From: Fimicolochytrium jonesii
Taxonomy: Eukaryota
DNA length: 64,000 nucleotides
Reading direction: 5' to 3'
NCBI RefSeq assembly: GCF_025526975.1
Contig: NW_026515693.1
Location: 372,001 to 436,000, forward strand
Every line of letters starts with the position of its first letter. Position 1 is the stretch's first letter. The position numbers were made by a program, and so were the translations under genes. Positions 45,010 through 57,053 of this stretch are shown in pieces. The notes beneath the pieces are model-generated. The model saw only the letters and a program-made list of their open reading frames with translations, searched no databases and was not told where the DNA came from.

Positions 45010-47922
45010 TCACTGCGGATGCGCTGCCGGATTTAACTGCTGCAAAGACTTCAACCGATTCAACAAATCCGCCACCGATTCCTGCTTCTGCTGCGCCTGT
45101 GCACCTGCCCCTGCAACGCCCACATTGCTCAACCCCGGCTGCGTGGCGGACGTCTGTGTGGTATGCGCACCCTGCTGCTGGTGCAGAGACGCAACTGGAC
45201 CCGCCCCGTTTGTAGTGGGAGACGCCGCGTGTTGAACAGAGGAAAGAAGCGGGTTGGTTTTTGTGTTGTTGGTACCACCTACACCTCCGGCGCCCGAGAG
45301 ACCGGCAAGCCCCAACATATTCCCTCCCGGTTGCTGTAACTGCCCCGCGCCCATGAGTGAGGACAGCATCGCGCCTAGGTTTTGTTGCTGGGGCTGTTGT
45401 TGTTGGGTGTTGAACGCGTTGGGGTTGGTTGCGAACCCGGCGAGTCCGCCTAGTCCCAGGGACGCGAGGGCGTTGGTACCGACACCCAAGCCCTGTGTCA
45501 ACTGACTCAATTGCTGCTGTTGTTGTTGCTGTTGTACCGCATTCGCGACCAATGCGAGTAGAGCCTGCGTCTCGGCTGTGTTTCCGCCTTGAAGTTGAGT
45601 TTGGTTGTTACCGCTGCCGCCGAGTAGGCTGCCGAGCATGCTGGCGAGGTTGTTGGTGTTGGCCGCGGGCAGTTGGCCGTTGAGCTGCGGCTGCACGATG
45701 GGGCGGACGCTGCGGTCGCGGAGGACGATCATGGCCGCGAATTCGGGGTTGATCTTGTCGTACTCTGTTCATGCGAGAAAGGATACATGGTGTGAATAGA
45801 GCATTCGAATCAATGGTGCTCTGAATCCGTCCGCAATTTCCCTCCGCATATTCAGCACACGCAACAATATCCACAAATAATAAGCAAACCCGCTCGATAC
45901 GCACCAGCAACATTCCCATTAGCCTGAAACACCTGCATCGACACAGTCTTCGATATAGCATGTCGCCTCTCTAAGAAAATGACCCCGCGCACACCCTCAA
46001 CCATCATCTGGTGCACAACGTCGCGCAGGGACAGGTTGGTGTCGAAATGGAGCGTTTCGGCTTTGATGCCGGCGTTGCGGAGGGTGGATTCTACTTGGAC
46101 AACGAAGGTTCTGTGTGGGTGCGAGAAATGAAAGATGTTTTGTGTGGAATTTGTCATCAGTTCTTTCCCCAGAGTGATAGTACATCCCCCATCGAGTCTC
46201 CTCCACATCACCCGAAAAAAGTGTCTGCAAAACATCCGCAGCGCATACCTGTCCACTTCATTGAGCACGACAATCTGAGCTTCCGGGACGTTCGGCCCAA
46301 ACCGCATCGGGAGCGGGAACACCCCCGAGCCCGTCGGCGCCGCAGACATAGTCGGCGTAGGCAGCCGCACATTTCCAAACATATTATCAGAATCATTAGT
46401 TCCCGGAGCCGCGGCGCCATTGGTCTTCTTGTTATCAGCCCACAAGGAGTCTTTCGCATTGCGCTCCGCAGGGGATGAAGATCTTCTGGGGCTCCTGCGT
46501 CGGCGGTCATCGCGGCGGTGTCGGTGGTCATCATCTGAATCGCGGCTGGAGTAGCTGGGCGAGCGGTCGGAGGGACGGCGGCCGCCTCGGGCACCTGGTG
46601 GGGAGCGGCTACGACCTCGGCGACGACCGCTTCCTTCGCGGCCACCGTCACGACGGCCGTGATCTTCGCTTCCCCGTCTTAGTCCTTTTTCACCAGTTGA
46701 CGGTTTGCGCTCGCCGTCACGTCGCTTATCACGCGAGATCTTCAGGTCTGAAGGATGACCGAATCGCCAGAAACATGGTTAGACGGAAACTGGACGACTA
46801 GGTGCCAATCCTCACAACCACGACACATACCCATGCTCATTCCCGCGACTCTGCGTCCTGTCTCGTTGACCATGGCATTCTGACACGACTCAGGGTTATC
46901 AAACTGCACGAACCCAAACGACCCCTTCAACGAAATCTCCGCAATGTTGCCGTACGGCGCAAAAATCCTCGCCAGCTCCGTCCTGTCCGTGCGCTCGGAG
47001 GCCAAGTTACCCATAAACAAGCGTGAATTGGGCGGCATGCTGGCAATCAGGGGAAGAGGGCCGGACAAATGGACCCAGTGGGTTGGGTGGTACTCAAAGG
47101 TTGCGCCTGGTGGGGGAGGGATGTTGGAAGGTGGAGGGGTAGGGATGGACGGCTGCTGGTGCTGCTGCGGAGGGCCGTTGTGATGCTGGAATCCTTCTCT
47201 GCCACCTCCTTGAGGGCCGTTCATTTGGTTGCCAGGATGCGGACGGAATGGACCTCCTCCGCCGCCAAATCGGGGCCCTTTGGGCGGTGGACCTCCGCCA
47301 TTAGCACCACCCCTGTTGGACGGCTGGTTACGACCTCCAAATCGATCTGGCCTAAATTGCTGGTCAACCATCGGACGTGTCGGTGAGTACCTATGTTCGA
47401 AAAACATCAGAATTCAAGGAGTAAGAATCTTCATTACGTCCGGAAGAAACAACTCTTAGAATTAGAACCATTCATCTAAATTCCTGCTTCTTACCTCATA
47501 TCCGGACGGCCCATATTATTCGGACCCGGAAACTGGTTTCCCATCGGCCTGAAATTTGGCCCCGGCGGTCCCATATTCCCACCATTGAAATTGCCAGGAG
47601 GTGGCCTGAAATTTCCAGGCATCGGGCGCCCACCACCCTGCATGTTCTGCTGCATAGGACCCGGACCCGGGTTTTGGTTCTGACAAAGCGCAGGCGCGAA
47701 AAAGAAACGGAGAATAAAGTAAGTAAATGTTCGGGAATCCTCTCTCAAAACAAGGTCTGTCAAGAGCGGATATCTCCGGAGAAATACAGTGCAGACCCCA
47801 CAACTCACCCCGTAAGGAAAAGGCGGCCTTCCGTAGTTCTGCATTGGCGGTCCCCTGTAATTCTGATCCTGCGAGCCCAGACCCTGCAACTGCTGCGCGT
47901 AGTACGGCGGCAGAGGATCCAT
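45010..47922 (-). CDS. Nab3/NCOA5-like RNA-binding protein (RRM + anticodon-binding-like domain, low-complexity tails), multi-exon
   Basis: RRM NSRLFMGNL...FAPYGNIAEISLKGSFGFVQFDNPESC; RS/RD-rich linker; VPEAQIVVLNEVDR/VVHQMMVEGVRGVIFL domain; Q-rich C-tail; GT-AG introns. Confidence 0.85.
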
Positions 47923-48499
47923 TGATTTCTGTCCCTCTTCACTTCCTTTTTCTCGCTTCCCTCTCTTCTGACAACTCAGGACGGTCTGAGTAGAGTATCA
48001 GTTGGCTGGAGTACTGGGGAAAGGAATAACACGTGCGGAATGTGGGAACCCGTTGAAAACTTCTGTTTGATTTGGAACTGGGTGCTGAATAATGAAGACG
48101 CGCGCACAGAGGATGAGTAGCTTTGGCCTGCGGACGCTGTTGGTCGGACGCTGTGGATGGACGCTGGTGGCGGCTGCTGTAGCAAGGGGAAAGGTCTGTA
48201 GGTTCGCTGTGGTGTACTGTACAGTGGCTCGATTGGGGGTTGATGAGTCGAATTGGCAGGTCTCGCCTCTCCTGTCTCTCTCGTCGACGGCGCGTTCCCA
48301 TCCGCCCCAGCATCCGCCCCATCCGCCCCTGCATCCGCCCCTGCATCCGCAAGAGCTGAAAAGCGTTACCGTACACCCGCAATACCGTGTCAAGGCATCT
48401 CAGGGCATTTCTGTATCCCCAATATTACCCCTTCTTTGAGAGGCAGTGACGAACCTATACCAAGCGACACTACGACGGCGAAGGTAATCTCACGCCGCA

Positions 48500-49009
48500 A
48501 TGATAGAAACGAAGGCGTTATGTTCAGACGACTGGCCACTGTTTCGAGATCTGCGCCTGGCAGCTCTCGCCGAATCACCCAACGCATTCGGCTCAAAACT
48601 CGCAGACTGGCAAGGCGCTGGTGATCAGGAGCACCGCTGGCGCGCGCGGCTGGGGATACCAGGCTCACTCAATCTAATTGCATACCGGGACGGCCAAGCC
48701 GCTGGGATGGCCAGCGGTGTTCCAGTCGAGGGCGGCCCGGAGCTCATCATAGAGCTGATATCGCTCTGGGTCAGCCCGGCGGGACGCGGGCATGGCGTTG
48801 CTGACCGGCTGCTGGAAGAAATTGAGAGGTGGGCAGTCAAAAGAGGGGCGCGCACGATATGTCTGGCGGTGAGGCCCAGCAACAGCCAAGCGATTAGGCT
48901 CTATGAGCGACAGGGGTTTGGGGATATTGGATGTAAGGGGGATCATGTACCGGAGGAAGGCACTCACGAGATGTTGATGGCTAAGGCAATCGCCGCATCG
49001 AGCGATTGA
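48500..49009 (+). CDS. Intronless GNAT acetyltransferase of actinobacterial type
   Basis: DDWPLFRDLRLAALAESPNAFGS, WRARL, GMASGVP, ELISLWVSPAGRGHGVAD, LAVRPSNSQAIRLYERQGF. Confidence 0.9.
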   Translation: MIETKALCSDDWPLFRDLRLAALAESPNAFGSKLADWQGAGDQEHRWRARLGIPGSLNLIAYRDGQAAGMASGVPVEGGPELIIELISLWVSPAGRGHGVADRLLEEIERWAVKRGARTICLAVRPSNSQAIRLYERQGFGDIGCKGDHVPEEGTHEMLMAKAIAASSD

Positions 49010-50249
49010 GTGCGTGGCGAGATAATCGCGCCGTAGTCTGAGCGAAGGCCAGCGAAGTGAACACGGTTTTGGTTTGCAACATCAGCCCAACATGAATGTT
49101 GGGAAGGGAGCGACGATGGTACCCCGTCCCTTTCACGAATTCCTTAGCATCCTTGCGGCGAGGTAGGCGTACGCGGGATCTTTCATATGAAGAAACCAAT
49201 ATATGCCACATCAGATAGACATCATAGATGCACAATACGCTGGAGAGTAAAGGCATATATGGCTACATAGATAGAAGTAAAGCCTACATGAAGGAGGGGA
49301 AGGGTAGCTGGGTAGATGCAGGGGCGGAGGAGAAAAAAGAAGATGGTGGTGGTGGATAGTTGGTAGAAGACGAAGAAGTTGTGTCGTCGTCGAGGAGAGA
49401 GTAAAAAGGAAAGCCAGGGAAAGCCTGCATACTGCGTCGTGTCAGGCCAAGCTGCTCCATCCTTGAAGATCCGGGAATGAGGGGTAGTTGCAGCCTGCAA
49501 TCGAGTGCCTCCGCAGATTCTTTGTAGCGGTTCAGCGTGAACACACCATAGACACTTGACGGTCTTGATAAAACCGTCGGATGACGGCAATGGCAGCAGC
49601 GATGACGCCGAGTGCATCGGACGCGGTGGTATAAGCGGCAGCAGCGACGACGGCGGAGTACGGTGGGTGGGGATGTGTGCCATACGCTGGCGAAAAGTTC
49701 CAGCGCGCATGTCATAAGTTTGGCGACGACCAGCCGAATGCTTTGATTGATAGTCTCGATCTTTTTTGCGGCCAGCCTTTCGTTGATAAACGAACGGTGG
49801 TAGTTGTGAGGTTGGTTGGGGGGGTGTGAGGATATTATGCTGGATGAGTGGATGGGAGGGTGGTGACAGATTTTGCCTTTCGTATTGAAACACATCTGAT
49901 TCGTTTTCGGCCATCCGAGCTGGATTATGCCGATATCTGTGACGTCCTCTTCCAGTTTCAAGAATTGCCAATGTTCTCCAGTAGTAAAATATGGATGGGG
50001 ATGGGTGCGTGCGTGAGTGCGTGACGCGTGAGGATGTCGTAGATAAGCGGGATGGTTCAGTGGGGTTGTCGTTGTTGCAGCTGCGGATGCTGTCCTTAAA
50101 TCTACGGCGGTCAGAAAAACAGGACCCGTAATGACTGATGGACGGACGTCTTGACTTACTGCGAGGTCTTCTGCTCCGCCGCCTGTCAATCGCTCTCCAT
50201 ATAACCTGATCGCATCGTTCGCGGGGCACGCTGGGGCACTATATCGTGG

Positions 50250-51455
50250 TACAGATCGGCCGTGGCGGACCACTCGACGAAGAGAGACGCCGGAAGCTTG
50301 CTTTCCGTAGCATGACGGTGAGGTTTCAGGGGCGCTGGGTGGAGTGAGCGCCACCGCCCCGTGTCTGATGGAATCATGCCATTGTTTGCGGCGGGCTTTA
50401 TGTATGCATAGATGTTGGGCCAAAGGTGTCCCCGCCCGCGACTCTTGGTTCGAATTTCGTTGTGATATTCCTCCATCTGCGGGACGATGGACGCGCAGAC
50501 CGTTCGAATTTCGTTGTGATATTCCTCCATCTGCGGGACGATGGACGCGCAGACCATGGCCATGGCGCGCATGTAATAGGCCCAGGAGTCCGACCAAAGT
50601 CAGAGATCCGCTTGGAGGGAGTGTCGTCTCGGGCTTGAAGGGCTCCCGCCTTCCCTTGCTCGAGGACGATGATGCTCAGGGCTGTCGAAATTCGGATGTC
50701 TGGGTGAAGGCAGTCCAGATCAACGAACGCCAGATGAATGATGTGGTCGAGTTCTTTCTTCGTGACAAGCGGCCCGCCAGCGGTCTCGTACTGGCGTGTG
50801 ACAAGAGTTGGGTTCCCAAGATTGGCATGCCGATGACGTAAGGCAATATCGGTGTCTTCGTCCCTCGGATCGCATGACCGCAGAGTCCGATTTGCTTGAC
50901 CTTGTAATGGCGGGCGAGCTCCAATTCACGCGTCGTCGGGGGCAAGAAGGTTTGGTTGTCAGCCTTCCCATCGTCTCCCCTCTCGACAGCGGTGGCGGTT
51001 TTAGTTTCTTCCATGTGACGGAATGCCCGGCGGACGTGATCGTTGTCGGATTGGCCGAATGGGCTGCCGGCCCGAGCGCCGCGATCGAGCGAGGAGCGTC
51101 GGGTGTGCATGGGCGACAAGGAACGGGCTCGGCGGCCGCGAGGGCCGGTTAGAGTCTCCCGAGCTGGCACTCCCTGCCGCGGTTCAGGTTCAAACTCGTC
51201 GATAGCGTTCCGAATCAACAAGCAGGACGCTGGAAGACGTCGGCCTTCCTGAGGGCCCGTACCGCCGGGGTTTCCCACGACCCCCAAGTCTCCCACGCCG
51301 GAGTTTCCCACGACCTGTGTGCCTTGGGAGCGCGGAGGGGCGCTAACAAGCGGGTCGAGGCTAGGGTCGCCGGTACTCCCACGTGGAGCGTTAAGCTAGG
51401 CGGCCGAAGGACGTTGGCGAGGAGAAGACGGGGAGCGCTCATCGTCGTCGGACAT
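50250..51455 (-). mobile_element. Decayed Gag-like ORF of a DIRS/Ngaro-type tyrosine-recombinase retrotransposon
   Basis: ATG at 51455 followed by an in-frame TAG and frameshifts. PSKRISDFG/DSWAYYMRAMAMVCASIVPQMEEYHNEI...WPNIYAY...W fits the I-x-x-F-x-x-W...Y...Y...W-x-x-x-x-x-Y pattern of these Gag-like proteins. No RT or recombinase seen. Confidence 0.5.
50448..50555. repeat. Perfect 54-bp tandem duplication
   Basis: GTTCGAATTTCGTTGTGATATTCCTCCATCTGCGGGACGATGGACGCGCAGACC twice. Confidence 0.95.
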
Positions 51456-51764
51456 ATGGAGCGATCCGAAGCCGGCGGGAACGGGAGACTCGATATACGT
51501 ATTCCAAGTACGCAGTTTGACCGTTACGCAGAAGCACACACCGGACTTCTACGTGGACTCACCCTTCCCCCCTCACCTTTGCACACCAATAGCTCCTGTT
51601 CAGACGGCGATTCGTTTCCAGGGGCGTTTCAAGCGGACGTGTCGCATCAGGCGACAGAGGCGATTTGCGCGGACGTTCACATTCAGCAACATTCACGGCG
51701 AGTATCTGAGTTGTGTTCCCCGGAATGCCGTTTGCGGACCATTGTAACTGTCATCGAGGGGTTC

Positions 51765-52760
51765 TCATCGAGGGCGATTCAATGGGTTGCCTTTCGATCG
51801 GCCACCCACTCCATAGCCGCTCTTCCAGTGCACCTTCCACAGGCAATATCGGCTGACGTTCTCTTTCGCACGTTGCTGACACCGGATAAGGGAAGATAAA
51901 GGAGAGGGATATGCAACAGCGACAGCGTAGTGTTGCACAACCCTCGCCATTATCTTGCCCGTTGCTAATCCAATTTCCATACGCGAGCATATAGTGAGGA
52001 TGTCCTCTGGAGAGGTCCTGTCCTGCCTCTCTTCCTACGCCCCCTCCCATTAGAGACCGTCGAGAAAATCGCCATCGCATTTAGTAATCTCCTTCGGCGG
52101 CGGAAGTTCACGTGTTGTTTGCGAACTGTTCATTTCGCATCTTCTCCTCTTCCCATCCACGCACCGGCGGCGTACCCAGCCGAAGTGGAGGTCGTGGGGA
52201 TCCATGGTGTCAATGTGCTCAATCTCAGCTTTGCACGGGCCGAATCCAGAATCTGACACCTCCGCATCCTCACTGCTTGCTTCCGTAGCGTTCACGTCAG
52301 CCGTCAAGTCGTCGAATGCACCTCGCAATGCTATCTCTTGGACCTCTGCACGATGGCCGACATCAGCGCTACCTATGCCCAACGAGGGACTATGAACAAA
52401 TCACTACTTCCCCATTGATTGCAAGTTTGTACTGCACCTCCACGCTAATGGGGGATGAACCTGCAATGGTGTTGTAGTCATACGTCCTGTGCAGCATGGC
52501 ATGGCGACTAACTTTGGTGAGAACGGGCAGGCGCGCAAAGGGCGACTGCTGCCGTGCGTGGTGCGCATGTTCATAAGAAACGCGCAGAGTGCATGTGCCT
52601 TATCGCGAAACGGGAAGTACTCGTCGTCTTGGTTGGGTTCACCACTAACATCCTTCTCAGAATCGTGCAGATCTTCGTCGTCTGGGTCATCCTCCTCTGA
52701 GTCTAGGCTCTCCACTACATTGAGCTCAAAATCATCATCGTCGTCGTCGTCGTCTATGGG
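51765..52760 (-). mobile_element. Heavily deleted CACTA/Plavaka-like transposase remnant
   Basis: Acidic tract, then EYFPFRDKAHALCAFLMN; IDTMDPHDLHFGWV; ELPPPKEITK. Broken by stops and frameshifts. Confidence 0.4.
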
Positions 52761-53657
52761 GTGTGGATATCGCCATGACCGAAGGACAAAACGTTTCATA
52801 AATGGGAAAGGCACAAGGGCTAATCAGACCTGGTTCCCCTTTTTTGGTGCAGAAATCGAGTCTCATGTTGGAGTGTCTCCTCGACTGCACTTCCGAGACT
52901 GAAAGGAGCCTGACACCGCTAATACTAGTCGGAAGGAGGAGAGTACAAGGAGCCTTCATTAGAATCGTCTAACCAAGCCAGACACACCGGATGGATTCTT
53001 GTCGGAATTTATGATGGGGTTCCCGGCGAACGTCCCTCTACCTCGTCTTCCGCCACTCTCATCGGCATCCCGACTACCATTGCCGTTGCCAGCAATCGCG
53101 GGCGTCAAAACCGATGTCTGCGGACCAGGGCGACCGGCCGTCATCGTGGCAAGCAGTAAGCAAGATTCATCGGGTAGCCGGCGGCAGTGACAGCAAGTAT
53201 CTGCCAGAGTGGCCGTAATCGCCTTGATGGAGTGAGCCTCTGGCCCCTTTGGACAAATGTTCGACAGCACTCGAGCTGTCCGCGCTTCGCTGCTGCGTTG
53301 AGGAACTTGAGGTTAGAACGTTACGCCGGATAAGGAACGAAACGATTAGAGCACTCGGCAAATAGAGCCTGGGCGCTTAAAGGTAGCGTGGATAGCAAAC
53401 CCGGGTAGGAGTTGTTGGAGTTAGCTTGTTTACGGGCACAGACTGCACAGAGGAAACGGATTTCGCAGATTTGTGGAACCGTGTACGTTTCCAAGTTTGG
53501 AGACATACAGTACGTATGTACTGTACATATGTATGATGCAAAACCTTTTCCTTTCCCCCCCTCTGTAACCAGGATTTTTATTAGGGACAGAAGCCTTACC
53601 ATCCTTGCTGTCCTCCCTTTTCAACTATAAATACATACATCCACTACACGCAGAAAG

Positions 53658-54521
53658 ATGTACACCCTCCAGTACGTTTCCGTCCATGACACGCACTCTG
53701 ACGACGGCCAAAGCGCTTGCTCGACGGGGCGCTTTGATTCAGAAATTGACGAGCGCGACGGGCAGGAATGCGTCGTATGCGGATTTTCCCTCCGCGTCGA
53801 TCATTGCCATATCGTCCCCAAGTCGGCCACTTCTAGGGTAGGTCCATTTCTGTTTGCCGGTTGTCAGTCCCATTGATCACAGAACCTAAGTGTTCCTCAG
53901 TGGCAGTTCCTTTTGCGAACCCGTAGAATCCCTCGCAACAACCGGGGGGTCCATGACCCCAGAAATGGCTTGCTCATGTGCCCGAATCATCACCATACGT
54001 TCCACGACGGCCATTGGTGCGTTATCCCGGGAGACAGTGGGTACATAATCCGGAACCCTATAGGCCACAGGGAAATGGCCCCTTACGATGGGCAGCCGTT
54101 GCGCCTGGACCTGTCACATCGCAATGCGCCATTTGCGAATCTCCTCACAAGTCATGCTGCGGCGGTCTTGGGTAGTTTATCCATCAATTACATATCGATA
54201 GACAGTGCAACGCAGGCCGACAATGGGGGCGGTGGTGGTAGTGGTGGCGGTGTTTCAAGCGGCGGTAGGGGGGGCGATGGGTTGCAAGGTGGAACCGGGC
54301 ATCAACCTGCTCAGGATCTACGCCAAACCTCGCATGCAAGCCTCGACACGGCCACGCAAAGGCGCAGCCAAGGCGGCCAGCAGTACGTGTTGCGTTATAT
54401 TCCGCTGACGAGTGAACAGCTAGCCGAAGATCAACTCTACGAAAACATGCTCGGAGAAGAGAAGACGGCCGAGGAGTCCGTCCGAGCCTTCAACGCATCG
54501 CTTGCTCGAGCTGGCGAATAG
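53658..54521 (+). CDS. HNH endonuclease (fungal HNH_2-type); intron 53838-53900
   Basis: RDGQECVVCG...HCHIVP|...DPRNGLLMCPNHHHTFHDGHW...DGQPL...APFANLLTSH. A phase-0 GT-AG intron joins the ORFs into 266 aa; upstream exons are possible. Confidence 0.88.
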
Positions 54522-54699
54522 CGAGTTTCCATAGTCCTTTGATGCGATCAAAATCCATTCGAAGTTCCCGGAGTACATGGGCAGAGTGTATGATTCTCTG
54601 CCAAAAAACACTTCGATCACCTGGCTTTCAGTGGTGTCTGTTTCCCACTTCCTGAGCGGTGCTAAGTCGGCTTTGAGCGGCACTGGTCAATTAGAGCAC

Positions 54700-55989
54700 A
54701 ATCTGCTTCGGAAGAAAGCTCTTCGACACCTGGAAATCGAAATCCGTACAAAATGGGCCTTTTCGGCAACGGATCTGCGGAACGTCGGACGGCTGCTCGA
54801 AAACAACAAGGAGCTCAAGTCGCTCACTCTCAAAGCGGGCTATTTGTCCACAGCCGACGCGAAAGATAGCAGAAAAGTTTGCCAAAGGCCAGGACACCAG
54901 CAAACTCGAATATCTTGATATGCAGGTGAACCTTAGTGATGACCTTAGACGATTTGATAACGTGGTGTCTCGAACATCACGTTATCGAATCGCCCATGGG
55001 AACGTCAAAGCCGACCCAGCCGAAGGACACATCAATCGTAAATGTCACAAACTTCTTCATTTGAAGCTGAACTGCGAGTCGGGTCTCTAGCAGAGGCCAA
55101 CAAGAAGGACAAAAGTGCTATGCACGGATTCTTCGAAACGTCACTGAAGAAACAGATCGAGTTCACGCGAGCGCCGCTAGGACGATCGAAAGGCACGTTT
55201 CATACGGGTGTCAAAGCCGAGGTGTTGGCGGAGCATCTGCGCGAAGCATGCAAACTTGCTCCTGAGAAAGATTACCCAAACTGCAATCACCGCCTCTCGA
55301 ATGCGTTGTGTCTATTATCGAATCGCCCATGGGAACGTCAAAGCCGACCCAGCCGAAGGACACATCAATCGTAAATCTGCTTCGGAAGAAAGCTCTTCGA
55401 CACCTGGAAATCGAAATCCGTACAAAATGGGCCTTTTCGGCAACGGATCTGCGGAACGTCGGACGGCTGCTCGAAAACAACGAGGAGCTCAAGTCGCTCA
55501 CTCTCAAAGCGGGCTATTTGTCCACAGCCGACGCGAAAGATAGCAGAAAAGTTTGCCAAAGGCCAGGACACCAGCAAACTCGAATATCTTGATATGCAGG
55601 TGAACCTTAGTGATGACCTTAGACGATTTGATAACGTGGTGTCTCGAACATCACGTTATCGAATCGCCCATGGGAACGTCAAAGCCGACCCAGCCGAAGG
55701 ACACATCAATCGTAAATGTCACAAACTTCTTCATTTGAAGCTGAACTGCGAGTCGGGTCTCTAGCAGAGGCCAACAAGAAGGACAAAAGTGCTATGCACG
55801 GATTCTTCGAAACGTCACTGAAGAAACAGATCGAGTTCACGCGAGCGCCGCTAGGACGATCGAAAGGCACGTTTCATACGGGTGTCAAAGCCGAGGTGTT
55901 GGCGGAGCATCTGCGCGAAGCATGCAAACTTGCTCCTGAGAAAGATTACCCAAACTGCAATCACCGCCTCTCGAATGCGTTGTGTCTAT
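54700..55989. repeat. 616-bp near-identical direct duplication (54700-55315 and 55374-55989) of a frameshifted LRR-like fragment
   Basis: 674-bp offset; one substitution noticed (AACAACAAGGAG vs AACAACGAGGAG). The junction 55315-55376 copies the internal segment 54982-55043. Confidence 0.95.
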
Positions 55990-57039
55990 CGGTGTCGCTA
56001 CTTATCAGAGCACCTCATAGTCGGCGTATTGACCGTCGTAGCCATCCCCTATACTGTACGTGAACAATGTACTGTTAGACCTCTTAGAAAGCGACCTTTC
56101 CAAGTTGGAGTGAGGCCTATATCGCATCCAGCACTATACAAGTGCAAACACAACAAGAAGTGGATGAGAAGGGGATGAGAAGGGGATGAGTCGGAGTTAG
56201 GGGAAGCAACCCACCGGCCGTCACACACTGCGACGCTACTGCAACCTGGCGGATGAGGATGAGGATGAGCAGTGGGTCCTTACCTCCCAGTGCCCAGAAA
56301 GGGAGTTTCTAGCTGGTCGGGAGACAAGACGGATTCGTGTCTGCAAGCGGCATCAAGATCTAGATCAAGAGCCCATCATGGTGAACAGGGACATCCAAGG
56401 AGGTGCCAACTTCCGTTACCTCCTCTACACATGTGCGCGATATAACGGGTTCAGACCAGACATGAACCGTCAGCGTTGGGAACCCAATCCTTATCCCCTC
56501 TGGTTGGGATATCAACCCCCGGCCCCAATGGCATCCTTCCTTCCCCTCGTAAGTTCTCCCGAGTTCACCATCATCCCCCATAGTTTTTAGATGGCGCCTC
56601 TTACAGGGTGCATCACCTTTCGAGTTTGGCCGTGATACTGTACTTCTCCGCCCCTCATATGGTACCTCTCTGTGTCTCTCTTTACGGAAGAAACTGTCAA
56701 AACTGTCAAAAAGCCTCCAAACGCCTTCCCCCTGCTCTTGCTCTCTCGAGACTCGACGCAGAGCATTGCAAGTCTACCCTAACATTGCCCGACGTCTCTC
56801 TAATTGTGGTCCTGAACGGCTCCTTGTCTAGCGAACTCGACTCATACTGAACCGACCAAAGCACCTTTCTGCGAACAGTGGTCGTCCTTCAGGTCTCACC
56901 ATCCCCGTCCTCATCCAAAACCTCTGTCTGTGAAAGTCGACGAAAGCTCTCAGTAAAGAGGCAGGGTTCTGCTGCCACCCTACCTTCTGCCTGTCGATAC
57001 TCGCTCGCTATCCTCCTGCGAACGGGGTTCTTTCGACCC

Positions 57040-57052
57040 GTTGCTCTGAGAC
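57040..57052. promoter_or_regulatory. Candidate RFX X-box-like element immediately before the MNS1 start codon
   Basis: GTTGCTCTGAGAC resembles 13-bp X-boxes (GTTGC-N3-G(A/C)RAC). Single instance. Confidence 0.3.
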
Positions 57053-57053
57053 G

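Noticed and set aside
48298..48350. Short CATCCGCCCC-type tandem repeats between divergent genes
   Set aside because: Simple low-complexity repeat with no evidence of function.
49222..50597. Long minus-strand ORFs (335 and 437 aa)
   Set aside because: They look like chance read-through across a mosaic of decayed fragments; only a short TTGEHWQFLKL Crinkler-like scrap is suggestive.
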